Positions 29,497-51,676 of a stretch of DNA of 64,000 bases are shown one piece after another. Under the pieces are notes generated by a model. That model was given only the letters and a program-made list of their open reading frames with translations, ran no database searches and was not told where the DNA came from. Made by a program: the position numbers and the translations under genes. Position 1 is the stretch's first letter, and each line of letters opens with the position of its first letter. Origin of the DNA: Salpingoeca rosetta (Eukaryota > Protista > Choanoflagellata); the NCBI GenBank assembly GCA_033442325.1, contig JAWQFM010000015.1, positions 566,318 to 630,317 on the forward strand, written 5' to 3'.

Positions 29497-29528
<32 letters not shown>

Positions 29529-30084
29529 TGTGTGTGTGTGTGATGTGTGTGTGTGTGTGAGGTGTTGTGAGGAACTTGTAGTTTGTGTGTGTGTGTGTGT
29601 GTGTTGCATCTGTGGCTCGTTTGTGCACACAGCGCAAGGTTCCCTTCAAATCACCAGCAGCAGAAACAAAGAAGAGTCACTGGCTCGCTTGCCGTGTCAT
29701 CTTGACTCCTCATGACGTGCACGTGCGATAAAATGTCAGTCATGCAATGACGGCATGTTGTGCACCTGAAGGCAGCGGCGAATCTCGTCGTCACGGCCGA
29801 TGACCGGGTCCAGCTTGCCGTCCTTTGCCATCTCACTCAAGTTCACAGAGTACTTCTTCAGCGACTCACCCTGTTTGTGTTGGAGCCAGCACAGGATAGC
29901 AGAAGACGCGTGAGCGTGAGCATAGCAACCAAAGGGATAGGAGCTCAACCCCACAACCTTGCAACACACCCTCTTGTCATACACCCTCTTGCGACACACG
30001 CCGACATCAAGAGACAGGCAAACGGGCAGGCAGGCAGGCAGGCAGGCAGACAGGCAGGCAGGCAGACAAACACACGCTCACTCA

Positions 30085-30115
<31 letters not shown>

Positions 30116-30517
30116 GCGCGCGCGCACACACCCTCAGACACACACACACAGATACACAGACAGCCACACACACACACACACACCCTCAGACACACACACA
30201 CACACACATACCCTCACACAGACACAATCATATTAACGGACCTCTGGTTGCGCGGCGGGGTTGACCCAGGTCTGGCCCGGTTGTGCGATGGCGAGGCGGC
30301 TGGCGGTATGAAAGGAAGACGAAGCAATGCGGGTGGCACCCAGTGTGAACCGCAGGTGGCCCAGGGAAGTGCGTGGCAGCAGGGATGTGGTGGCAGGCAT
30401 CTTCATCTTCTGCGTCACAGCTTGACGTCGTGCAGCGGCGCGTGTGAGCGTTCGCTGTATCGTCAAGACCGGCCAGCGCAGCGTGTGCTGCGGGCGAACC
30501 CGCGCAACAGCCAACAT
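23504..30517 (-). CDS. HSP78: Mitochondrial ClpB/Hsp78 AAA+ disaggregase (multi-exon)
   Basis: Arg-rich, acid-free presequence [15 protein letters not shown]... leads directly to [32 protein letters not shown], with no Clp N-domain. NBD1 Walker A GSAGVGKT and Walker B ILFIDEMH; coiled-coil M domain; NBD2 [35 protein letters not shown] and [10 protein letters not shown]. Stop at 23504. Confidence 0.95.
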
Positions 30518-30692
30518 CGTTCTTGGCGTGGTGTGTACTTGTGTGTGTGCTGTGTGCTGTGTGTGTGTGTGTGTGTGCTGGTTGCAGGTGAATGGATGAA
30601 TGTGTGGGGTGCGGCGAGTGCGTTGCGCAGTGGTGGTCGCTTGCTTGCTTGCTTGCGTTGTGGTGACAGTGGCCGCGAAATCCAGTGAAAGA

Positions 30693-30712
30693 CTTCCAGA
30701 ATCTTCTGGAAA
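30693..30712. promoter_or_regulatory. Heat-shock element, four contiguous inverted nGAAn units
   Basis: cTTCc aGAAt cTTCt gGAAa, about 175 bp upstream of the Hsp78 ATG and about 130 bp upstream of the Rubicon-like ATG. Confidence 0.85.
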
Positions 30713-30841
30713 CCGCGGTCATGCATACGTCACTCCAATTTATCGTGTCGTTTTGAAATCGCCCAACAAGCCAACCAACCGCGCGCACGTTTGCTATCGC
30801 ACGCGACCATCACCACAAGTGAAGCACAAGCAAGCGCGAGC

Positions 30842-37403
<6,562 letters not shown>

Positions 37404-37477
37404 TGCGCGCAGCTGTAGCGACAGACGGTTCTGACGAACGTGCACATGCCGCTGCTGTGACGAGCTATGCATCGGCG

Positions 37478-37540
<63 letters not shown>

Positions 37541-37959
37541 GGCACAGGCCTATCCACTGATGTTTATTTTTATGTGTGTGTGTGTGTAAATCAGTGTGTA
37601 CGTCGTCTGCGGTGGTGGTGCGAGTTGTCTGGTTACATGGACTGAGAAGACAGTTTTCGCTTGTGTACATACATACACCTTATTTGTGCGTGTGTGCGTG
37701 CGTTTGCACCACATCTGACCTCTTGAACTGTAATTGACTGTACGCTGTGCGTGATGGTGCATCTTGTGCTCCCCGCATTAAATTCATCGATTAAGCTCAA
37801 CCACAATGAGCATGAAGGTGGGAGGGGGGAGCTTGCGCAGGCAGAAAAGGGGCCCCGCACACGCACAGACATGCACACAAAAGTATGCATCACACAGACA
37901 CACAGACACAGACACACACACGCACAGACACACGCACACGCACACACACACACACGCAC

Positions 37960-38020
<61 letters not shown>

Positions 38021-38022
38021 CA

Positions 38023-40700
<2,678 letters not shown>

Positions 40701-42727
40701 CACTTGTTTCCCTTTCCACAATGAGTCGCTGATTCAGCACTTTTCTCGACGCAGTCAAAGAAAGGACTGTTGCCGCTCACATCACATCACCACCACAACA
40801 GCAGCAAAACACAACACGACATTCTGAAACGACGTTTTCCGTTGTTGCCGGCTCGGCTTGCTTGCTTGCTTGCGTGGGTTGCGTTGGCTCTTCTCTTTTC
40901 TTCTTGCCACACACACACAACCCCAGTTGACCTTCAGACGCACCCCCACCTTCGCCACTTCCTCCACCCCACTCCCCACCACAGGCCGTGGGGAGACTGC
41001 TATTTTGATTCGCCCTGCCTGGGCCAGGGCGTGTCGGTGCCACCGCCACTTCCACCAAAATTCGTGGGGCGTGGGACAAGATTTCCTGTCCGAAAATAAT
41101 CGAACATCTCCCTCTAGTTTTCCTTACCGTTAGGAAAACGAAAAGACACACCACACCACACACACCACACCACACACACCAGCCACACACACACGCACAC
41201 ACACACACACGCACACACACACCACTGCCCACCACCACGCAGAAGCACAAGCAAATAACGCGCAGATGCAACAACCACCAACCCCCGCCCGCTTCCCACC
41301 CCTTGCTTGGCTGCCTGACAAACCAACCACAGCAAGAAACGCAGGGACCAGGCAACGGCGAGACACAATGCAAAGGTCAGAGAGACGTATGCACGTTTGT
41401 GTTTGTGTGTGTGTGTGTGTGTCTTGTGTGTCTTGTGTCAGTCCTGCGCGTGTGCTTCCCAAGCTCAACGCCAAATTGGCTGTGCTTGGACAAGGTTGCA
41501 CCGTGTCTGACACCTCATATTGGAGTCACCACAACTAGGCGTAACAACTCACACACCATGACATACATGACATGGCCCACAAACACACAAACACACACAC
41601 ATATGACACAGGCACACGGGCCTGTTGCTTGGGACTCGTCTTCACACAGTCACAATCTGAATGGGACGAGCTTGCACGCCAGCATGTCCGCACGCTTCTG
41701 TCAGCTCCGCTCCTCTTCTCGTCAGCGCCAACCAGGCAAGTGTTTGCAACAGACACACACAAACGCACACACACACACACAGTCACAAACACGTTACGAT
41801 GTGTTAGCCACCACAAATAACACAACCACACACACACACAGCTGCTGCAAGCGCCAAGCAAGCAAGCAAGCACAGCTTCTTTCATCTTCTTTCTGCTCAC
41901 CCCCATATTCTTCTATTGCGTGTCAGGTGGACAAGCTTGTGCCTCACTCACATCCGGAGGTTTCAAACAAGTACTATCCACCTGCCCTCTGTCAGGGTTG
42001 TCGGCAGCCCTTTATCCCCTGTATCCCTCTCTGTCAGCTCCAGATGCATCGACCGCACCCTTGTTATGACGATCTCAATGCGCACCGTGACTAGCGCGTG
42101 CGCTGCCCCGCCACAACACATATACTCGACCTACGCCGACCATGAACACCCACAGCCACCAGGAGACACCCGAAGGTTCTGCTCTTCTTGTCATATCCAC
42201 CACCCAGGTAACCACCGTGACATACGTTTGACACACCACGAAATCTTGTCGACAACACACTCCCCGACACACACATACACACACACACACGCACACGCTC
42301 GCATGAATGCCGTGCTTACGCACGCAACAACTCAGCATCGCCTCGCTTGCGTGTTCATTTTTCTCGACCATCTCAAACCACTCACACCTCCCCGATCCCT
42401 TGTCTGCACGCACTTATACACGCACACGCTTTCGCCGCACCCGTGTCGACACATCCCTCCCCTCCCTCTCCCCAAGCCTTCTCCTCCTCGGTGCTCAAAC
42501 CCTGACAGCACGCGACACACCATCGCAGCATTCATTCCTGCGCCCTGCACACGCCACGCACGACGGAGAACCAAGACACACGCCGCTTCCACCGCGACCA
42601 CCGTCACCACCACTGTCACCAAGCGTCTCCATTTTTGTCTGCGCCACCACATCGTCAACAAGGGCTCTCCACCACGACGCGCCTTCTGCCAAGCATCCGC
42701 ACGACGACGACGACACCAGCAGCCAAG

Positions 42728-44833
42728 ATGGCGTTGACAACCCCGCGCCCTGTCACGGCATTCACGGGCCTCATCGCGCTTAGCGCCATGGTCTTTGCCA
42801 TCACCTTTGCCCTCGTCACCCCCGTCACCCCCGTCATGGGCGCCGCGTGCTCCAGCTACAACAACTCGTACGACTGCGACGTCAGCCCCGACCTGTGCGC
42901 GTGGAACTACCACTGCGATTCCTGCGACCAAATGCCGTGCGAGTGGGGCTACACGGAGGAATACTGCCCAGAGTGGTGCGTGTGGGACACGGAGATTGGC
43001 GCCTGCCACCCGCCTGGCGAGTTCCCCAAGTGCTCGCAGATCCAGTACTCCCAGCCCTCCTGTGAGGCTGCCAGCCCAGAGTGCGTCTGGGACAACGTCT
43101 ACAGCTTCTGCCTGCCCACCCTCATCTACTGCCGCTGGCTCGACGACTACACCAGCTGCACCAACGACCCCAAGTGCACCTTCTACGAGGGCGTCTGCTA
43201 CCCGAGCCACCGCGTGCCCACGTGCAAGGAGATTGGCAGCCTCGACTTCTGCATTGCCGCCGGCTGCGAGTGGGAGCCATCTTCGGGATGGTGCATCGAC
43301 CGGGAAAACGAGGACGACTGGTGCTTCAACATCGCCTGGAACGAGGTCATGTGCAACTTCTACCCAGAGTGCACGTGGGACGCGTCGAGCGGCTGTCTTC
43401 CCGGCAGCATTTGCGGCAACCAGAGCAAGATACTGCTGCCCTTCACCGTCTTCCCCTTCCAGTACAACGCCAGCTACGAGGACTCCATCCCCGTGCGGCG
43501 CGTGCGTCCGACGATTGGTGGCATCGGCCTCCCCGACGGCGTCTTCTTCGGCAACAACATCACGTACGAGTTCACCCGTGGCCTCGTCTTGGATGGTGGC
43601 TGCCTTGGCTGGGCTCCCAGCGCACCTCTCACCTTCACCGATGGCGGTAAGCAATGCGTTCTTGATGTGTGTGGGCGTGCTCGTGTGTTGTCTGTGGACA
43701 CGTCTGCAAAAGGCACTGCTTCAATCCACCAGTCTGCCGCTGTCTTCATGTCTCTCCTGCTGTTCTCACGTGTGGCTCCCCCCCCCTCTTCTTGTCTGTT
43801 TCCTGCCTTTGTGGCATGGTGGGTTTTCTTCCCAACACAGCGACCTTCTACATGAGGGTGCTCCACAAGGACTTTGAGTCAACCACCCCAGAAGGTGAGC
43901 AAGGGGGCAAGCGTTTGCCTGTGTGATTGTGTGGCTTTGTGAAGTGTGTGATGTGGTGTGATGTGACACAGCGTTTTGGGGCATTTGAATTTTGCCGCCG
44001 TTTTGCCATGTGGATGAAATGTTTTTGGATTTGGTGGTTGGGTGTTCTCTTCCTGGGTGCTGGATGCCACTTCCATTTGATCGTTTTGATCGTTTTGCCT
44101 GAGCACGTACACTCACTCGCCTTTGCTACCCCCTTGTTCCGCGATTGGTTTGCAGTGCTGTTTGACATTTCTTCCAACGACAACGCCATCGTCTTGTCCA
44201 AGGGGTGAGTTTGTGTGTGTGTGTGTATGTGTGTGTGTGTGTGTGTAAATCGCTTGCGACATGCGCATACAGAGCCAAATTGTCACTCACACATCCAGTT
44301 GCTTTGTGTATGTGTAATTTGTCTCGCCACGTGGTCAGGCCCGGCAACACGCTGCAGCTGTTTGCTAGGCAGAACGCCACAATCACCGCCGTTGGAGCTG
44401 TGGCTGACGTCCTCGCCAATGTGACGGAGATCAGCCTTGTGTAAGTCACCAAGTGTGGTGTGTGTGGTGTGTGTGTGTGTGTGTGCGTATGTGTAGATTC
44501 ATGTTTGTCATGCTGCAACACATGCGCATGCACGTTCATGGGTGCACATGTGCACATGTGAGTGTTTTTTTTCTGGGACTCAACTTCCACCTTTTGTGTT
44601 TTTCTTACCTTTGCTTTGAATACTGCCATTGTGACCATTTCTCTACAGCGTGTCCGAGGCCCACGTCATGGTGTACGTTGCCAGCTCCCTCGTCATTCAT
44701 GGCCCTTGGAACGGCGGCATGAACTACATGTCTGGCACGTTCCGTGTCGGTTGCAGCGCCACCAACGACAACGTCTGGCGCGGCGACCTCCAGCTCCTGG
44801 TCATCCAGGTGTGTGTGTGTGTGTGTGTTTGGC

Positions 44834-44875
<42 letters not shown>

Positions 44876-45601
44876 GCCATGCGTGTGTTTGGCCATGCGT
44901 GTGTGCCGTGACGCATGCGTTTCGTTTGTTATGCACGCCCCTTGAGGGCTTTCTGCCTCACCACCTTACCCCTTGATGACTCTTCCCCCCCCCCCTCTAA
45001 ACTACAAATGCACACTGCCATCGACCTCAACAGGGCGGCATCGCTCCCGCCGTGCAGAACATGACGCAGTACCTGCCACCAGATCCGCCAAAGGCCACCA
45101 CGACCGCCATCCCAACAGAAGAGGTCACCTTCTCCGGCTGGGCAAGCGGCAGTGGCAGCGGCAGCGGTAGCGGCAGCGGTGGCAGCGTGTAGGCGTGCGT
45201 GCACCCGCACCCGCGCTGGACTCGAGGATGTGCCTGCAGGCACGCAGGATGCATTGGCCACTTGTGTTTGCCTGCTTGCTTGTGTACTTGAGTCGTTGAT
45301 GTTCCTTAAGCTCTGTTCTTCGAGGGTCTTGGTGTCGATTTGGCTATGGTTGCAGTCGTTGTGTTTCTTCCGGTCGGTGATGTTGTGCACTCCTGCTCTC
45401 TTGTTTCCTTTCCTCTCGCACATGCACCTGCACGCGCGCCCGCACGCACACACACACACACGTGTTTTCCCCTCCCCTCCCTCTTGTTTTCAACACAGGC
45501 TCTCGATGTTGGCCAGTGAGCATTCACACCGCTATGTGCACGACCACAGTCGCGTGCTGTTGGTGACACTGTGTCTGGCGTGGGCTGTTGTTGTGCTGTG
45601 A
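42728..45601 (+). CDS. Cell-surface Cys-rich repeat protein with beta-rich (LamG/ConA-like?) domain, (Ser-Gly)6 tract and hydrophobic GPI-like C-terminus
   Basis: Signal peptide; six C-x6-9-C-x3-6-C-x-[WF]-x4-6-C repeats in exon 42728-43646; in-phase exons at about 43841, 44156, 44339, 44649 and 45034. Splicing 45189-45498 (gtaggc...caacacag) adds LSMLASEH...RVLLVTLCLAWAVVVL*. Without that splice there is a TAG at 45190-45192. Confidence 0.7.
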
Positions 45602-46296
45602 TTTAGTCTTGTCATCTCCCTCCCCCCCCCACCTCTTTGCTGTGCAAAGTACATTTTGTGGTCGTGTGGTCTTTCCGGTTTTTTGGATCCACAAGTGGAC
45701 TTCCCCTTGTGCCCACACCACGTGCCATGTGTCATGAGACACGTGCCATGTGTCGTGTGCCGTGTGCTTCTTCCGCTTGTGCTCCGTGACCCCCTCACCG
45801 CACTCTTACGTTAGTTCAGGCGCGTTCTTGTTCCTCTTCCCCCCCCCCCTTTGCAGCGTGCGTGCAAGCAGCGAGATGGTTTTGGTGACGTGTGGTCTTC
45901 GCGTTGCGTTGTCCTGTTGTTCTGGCGTGCTCTCGAGTGTTGCGTTGTGCCAACGCTGCCTCGTTTTGTTTTGTCACGCCACGCAACGGGCACACCAACA
46001 GTGCCCACCATCACCTCGCTTCCCCTGTTTTCCTCCTCCCCCTCTTTCCTTTCTATTCCGCGCTCCCCTCTTCATGTCTCGTCCGGTGAATTTGATGTCT
46101 GCTTCCGTTTTTGTCGTCGCACTACCTGCTGACCCATGTCTCCCTCTTCTCCCCCTCTCCCTCTCTCCTTATTCTTTTTCCCCTCTTTGCCCTTTGCTTT
46201 GACCTAGTTGATGCAATGAAAAAACTCGTAACCCGACAACAACCTTGGAAACGCACAAAGCATTCAGCACCGCCGTCACCACAACACACACACACA

Positions 46297-46328
<32 letters not shown>

Positions 46329-46338
46329 CGCACGCACG

Positions 46339-46405
<67 letters not shown>

Positions 46406-46897
46406 GCACAGTTGAAGTTGTCACTGGTTGGGGGAAGATGCGGGGGTTGGGCGGGGGCGAAACAAGCATGGGTGCTGTTTTCATCACCCACCACACGCGC
46501 TGATGTTTATGGCGAGAGACGCTGAGGGAAACAAACAAGCAAACACATGCACAAGACACACACACACACACACACACACACATACGCACGCACATACGCA
46601 CACACAGCAATGGTGTGACACTGACGGTTAATGAAATGGGACAATCATCCAAGATGCAACAACTGGCAACCAAACACACACACACACACAAGACACACAC
46701 ACACACACACAACACACACACATGCAAATACACGGTGTTCAGAGAGCGTACACGTTGTGGACAACGAACCAACGGCTCCAAGCGAAAGGCAACAAAACGC
46801 AAAGAAACGGGGCTGTGGAAAAACACAAAGGGCCGTCCCATAGGACGCAAGAACAACAAGAAGAAAAGTGACACGCCACACTCCACACAGGCTCAGT

Positions 46898-46932
<35 letters not shown>

Positions 46933-47048
46933 CAGCTGCATGATTGCAGTGCATTCAACTGCGGACAACGCAACGAATAACAGCAGCAGCAGCAAGGCAA
47001 CAGCAGTGGATGGAGTAGGAGTGACGACAAGAGGGGCGAGCATGGGCA

Positions 47049-47254
47049 TCATCGGTGGTTGGGGCTGACGGCCTCTTCCTCCAGATGTTTGAACTGGACG
47101 GTGAACGTCTGCTCCACCTCCCGCCACACACGCGGGTCAAACACAATGTATGTGCCGTGCTGCTGCGTTGCACTCGTCTGGTACTGGTACTTGTCGCTCT
47201 TCTTCAGCCACACCCGCTTCACCCGATGGAACCGCCAGCTCCGCCCAAACCTGC

Positions 47255-47286
<32 letters not shown>

Positions 47287-47296
47287 GGTGAGCACA

Positions 47297-47369
<73 letters not shown>

Positions 47370-47558
47370 ACATCACGCACAACACGCGGCACAGGGACGA
47401 GCGTGCGAGCACTGACAGGTGATTTGCGGCGGAGAGCTGGAGAATGTCGCCAGGAAGGTTGTAGAACATGTAGAACAGCGTCTCGTCAGGAAACCGGTTG
47501 ATCCCCTGGTGAAACAACGCGGTGCACATGGACGCGTGTACGCATGTGTGTGTGTGTG

Positions 47559-47608
<50 letters not shown>

Positions 47609-48586
47609 CAAGGTGAGGGCAAGACTTGGACTCCTCCTGCACGCATCACACCCGCTGCCGCAACAATGGAGTCACGCCATGTCATGTCTGACCTGGGAGA
47701 CGTGTGTGACGGGGAAGTCGCGGTAGCTCGACGGCAGACGGCCAAGCACGGGCGGCACTTGTTGCTGTTGTCCGCACACGAGGTACACGTCAAGCACATG
47801 CACACATACAACCAGGCGCACCCACAGACAGGCACAGGTTGTGAGCAAGCACAAGACAAGACGGGCCGTTGCAGAAAGCACGAGAGCAAGCGCAAACGGC
47901 ACGCGAAAGCGCGGAAAGGCGAGTACCCATCACAATCATCCTCCACATCACCACCATCACAATCAACGACCATCCACACATCCACATCACCACCATCACA
48001 TTCAACCGCCATACCGCGTTCCACGGGGTGAGCAAGTGGGGAAAGGCCTCGCCCTCGTGACGGCGGAGAATGGGTTCAGACGCGTCCAGTCCGCGATGCA
48101 GCCGCCGCAGCTTCGCGTCGTCCGTGTACACCATCTGCAGTAGCCCTTCAAGCCCGTACTCGTGCCCGGGTAGCAGCTCTGGAGTGTTGGGAGTGCGTGC
48201 GCGCGCGCGCGCGCGTGTGTGTGTGTGTTGAGTGAGCGAGAGGTAAGCGGGCAATGGCAATGCCATTTCCGTTGGACGACAGGTGGGAACAACGAGGAGG
48301 GACAATGCATCAAGACAGAAACACCACCAGCGCGTTCGCCTGAGGTGTCATACACTCACGTTTTGACGCCTCCTTCAGCGCCGTATGCTTTTCCAAACCA
48401 AGGTCCCACGCTGTCAGGTTGGGTCAAGCACGAGGCATGATACACAGTGAGAACCACGCTGCAATCGTAAAACAGAGCACAGCACAGCAGCAGAGCACAT
48501 CATAGGAAACCACCGCACACCACACAGGGGAGCAAATTACGAACTTGGAACGGTCTTGATGGTGGCTCCCTTTAGTATCGAGCCGC

Positions 48587-48666
<80 letters not shown>

Positions 48667-49666
48667 TGCTGCTGCTGTTGTTGTTGAGGCTGTGGTGGTG
48701 GCGCTTGTGATGACGGCGGCAATTGCGGCTGCTGCTGCTGTTGTGCAGGTCTCTGTTGCTGTTGTTGCTGTTGTTGCTGCTGTTGCTGCTGCTGCCTGGG
48801 GGCCTGGGAGGAGAGGGAGGGGAAGTCGTCTGCGTGTATGCTGTAGCCTGTTGGTGGCGGCGCCGGCACGCGACCCGCCGCTACGCCGTTGTACGACGCA
48901 CTCGACACGGGATGCGACGACGACGCTGCGCATAGCGGTGGTGGTGATGGCGGTGAGGGCAATGGAGGTGATTACAGCGATGGTGGTGGTGGAAAGCAGG
49001 AGGGTGGGGCAGCGAGGTGGTGAGGTGGGGTGGGGTTGGCATGAAGTTGGGACGAAGTGAGACTCAACCCCGTCAAAAGACAAAGAACCATGGCCCATCC
49101 ACACACAGACAGAGCACGTGGCCGAGGAGCAACAACAGCCGATGGTACACTGGCTGATACTTACGCATGCTCTGCTGCGGCGCTCTCTGCTGCTGTTGCT
49201 GCTGTTGCTGTTGCAACTGCGGTGGCGGTTGGCTGTGGGGCGGGTGCTGCTGGGCGACGGCAGACAGCTGCTGTTGCGAGCGCGGGGGCATGGTGGCGGA
49301 AAGGGCCGGAAACCCGGTGGGGTCAAGCATGCTGCCGTGGCCCTTCTGCCCACCGTACGCCTGGTGCAGCGCAGGATAGTTCTGGCGGCGGCAGCCGCGT
49401 TGGTGATGTGGGAAGTGGTGATGTAAGATTGTGGGCGTGGGATGGAGAACACCGGCTGTGAGTTTGGAGGGGGGGGATTCATGGTTGTGGTCGTGGTCGT
49501 CGTGGTGATGGGAATGGACTAGCCCATGCAGGGCACATACATTGCAAACAGGGTGCGAGAATACTTCCACAAGCGCACGACAGCCTCAGACAAAAACATA
49601 CACGCACAACCACGCACCTGCCCGTTCGACATCATCATGCCTCGTTCTGCGTACATGGGAAACCCT

Positions 49667-49699
<33 letters not shown>

Positions 49700-50856
49700 G
49701 GCGGCTGTTGTTGCATCATGCCCTGCTGCTGTTGCTGCTGCTGCATTGCACCGCCGGGTTTCCTGTACGCCGTGCCCGGTGCGGGTGCAGACATGGTGCG
49801 GAGACCGGGGCCAGGCTGCTGCCGCATGCCACCCTGCGGTCTGGTGTGCATGAAATTGGCGGGAGCAAGCAAAGGGGAGGGGGAGGGAGAGGGAGGAAGA
49901 AGAAGGACGAAGGGTAAAAAGGGAAGACGTGTGAATCGAGGAGTCAAGCCCAGAGATTGGCGTGCAGTCAAGTGTGCGCGTGGATGTGCAAGGCCAATGA
50001 AGTGTGTAGGTGTGTGCAGGTGTGTAGGTGTGTGTAGGTGTGTGCTCTGGTGTTGCAGCTTACGGCATTCGTCCGCCTTGCGCCATTCCGTTCATCATCA
50101 TCTGCACACGCACACAAAGATACACGCCCACAGGCACGTGTGAGAAAGCAAACATAAGCAGCAGCAAAGGAGACGGACATGTCTTGGTCCGTCAACGCAA
50201 CACCACCGCCAACACGTGCGTGCATATATGCATACATGTGAGTGTGTGCGCGTGTGCATGTGTGCGCGCGCGTGTGTGTATATGTGAGTACGAATGTGTG
50301 AATGTGTGTGTGTGTATGTGAGTACGAATGTGTGAATGTGTGTGTGTGTGTGCGTGTGCAAGCGCCAACCATGTTTGGAAGACCGCTCTGACGCGAGGGT
50401 GAGCCAGGCATCCGCGCAAGTCTGCACAAGCGTTTGAATGTTGGGGGTGGGGGGGAGAACGTGTGAGGTTGGAGAGCAGTCGCACGAATAGGGGATGGAC
50501 GGAAGGACGGATGCGCAACGAGCACAAGGCGAAAAGAAACACAGACGCAACTGCACACCCAAACAACGCAGCAGCAGCATGGAACGCAGCAGCGTCATCA
50601 ACACCATCATTGTCATCATCAACATCATCATCATCATCGTCCTCATACCCTGATGGCATTCCCATGGGTCTGCCGCCCTGCGAAAACGGGGGCAGCGGGC
50701 CAGAGACGGTTGCAGGCACGCTCGACGCTGCAGTCGACACCGATATGGTGGCGGTGGCGGCGGTGCGGACATGGGAAGATATTGGTGAGGACACCGTGAT
50801 GACAGGCAGTCAGACGGACAGGTCTTTGTTCGAACACACACGCAACACACGCACGC

Positions 50857-50887
<31 letters not shown>

Positions 50888-51676
50888 CACACGCACGCAA
50901 CACACACACACGCACACACGCAACACAACGCACACACACAACACATAAACAAGGCATCGCGTACAAGGCATGTGTCCTGGACCCATTCCTCCAACAAGCG
51001 ACGGCTGTCCATGTCGAACACACACACGCACACACGCACACACACACATATTTGGGTGAGCAGCGCCACATATATCCACATATATATGCAGCAGAGCACT
51101 TGAGTCAACGACACGTGCGATTACTGCGATACAAGACAACCAAAAACAAAACAAGCGTCGACAAGCCTCAACAAGCATGTGTGGTGCATGGAGGTGATAG
51201 TGGCAAGGGCAATCACGCACATCTCGCTCCATGCCAGGTGGTGGATAGAACGGCGCACCGTCGCCGTCCTTGTAGTAGCTCTGCACGCACACATGGACAC
51301 GCGCGCACATGGACACACGCACATACGAATGCGCGCACACACAAAACCGTATGAGCACACATGGACACATACGCAAAGACATGCATGTGCGCATCGAAGG
51401 AGCGCAAGGGATTGGGCGTGGTGAGGCGATGGCTGTGGTGTACAGCAGTACTATGACAAGAAATGGCAGCAGCCCTGAGATCAGCCAGCCAAGAGGGTTC
51501 ACAGTCTTCAAGACGGCGACAGTGGAGAGGAATCTCGCTCAAAACTCGACACGCACCATTCTGAAGACGTGGTGGCGTGCAGGGATGTTGAGTCGATGTG
51601 GATGGCGGAAGGGCGGATAGAAGGGACGCGCATTGCGAGACAGTCGCGTGGTATGCGAGGGAGCGCGGTTAGACAT
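47049..51676 (-). CDS. CNOT2: CCR4-NOT complex subunit NOT2 (multi-exon)
   Basis: NOT-box DETLFYMFYNLPGDILQLSAANHL..RSWRFHR..RVWL...GTYIVFDP..W; EYGLEGLL...LHRGLD...LLTPW; DFPAL-type motifs (LDPTGFPALS, YSIHADDFPSL); Q/M/G-rich N-terminus. Start at 51676 in a caccaccATG context, or alternatively the in-frame ATG at 51559. Confidence 0.88.
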
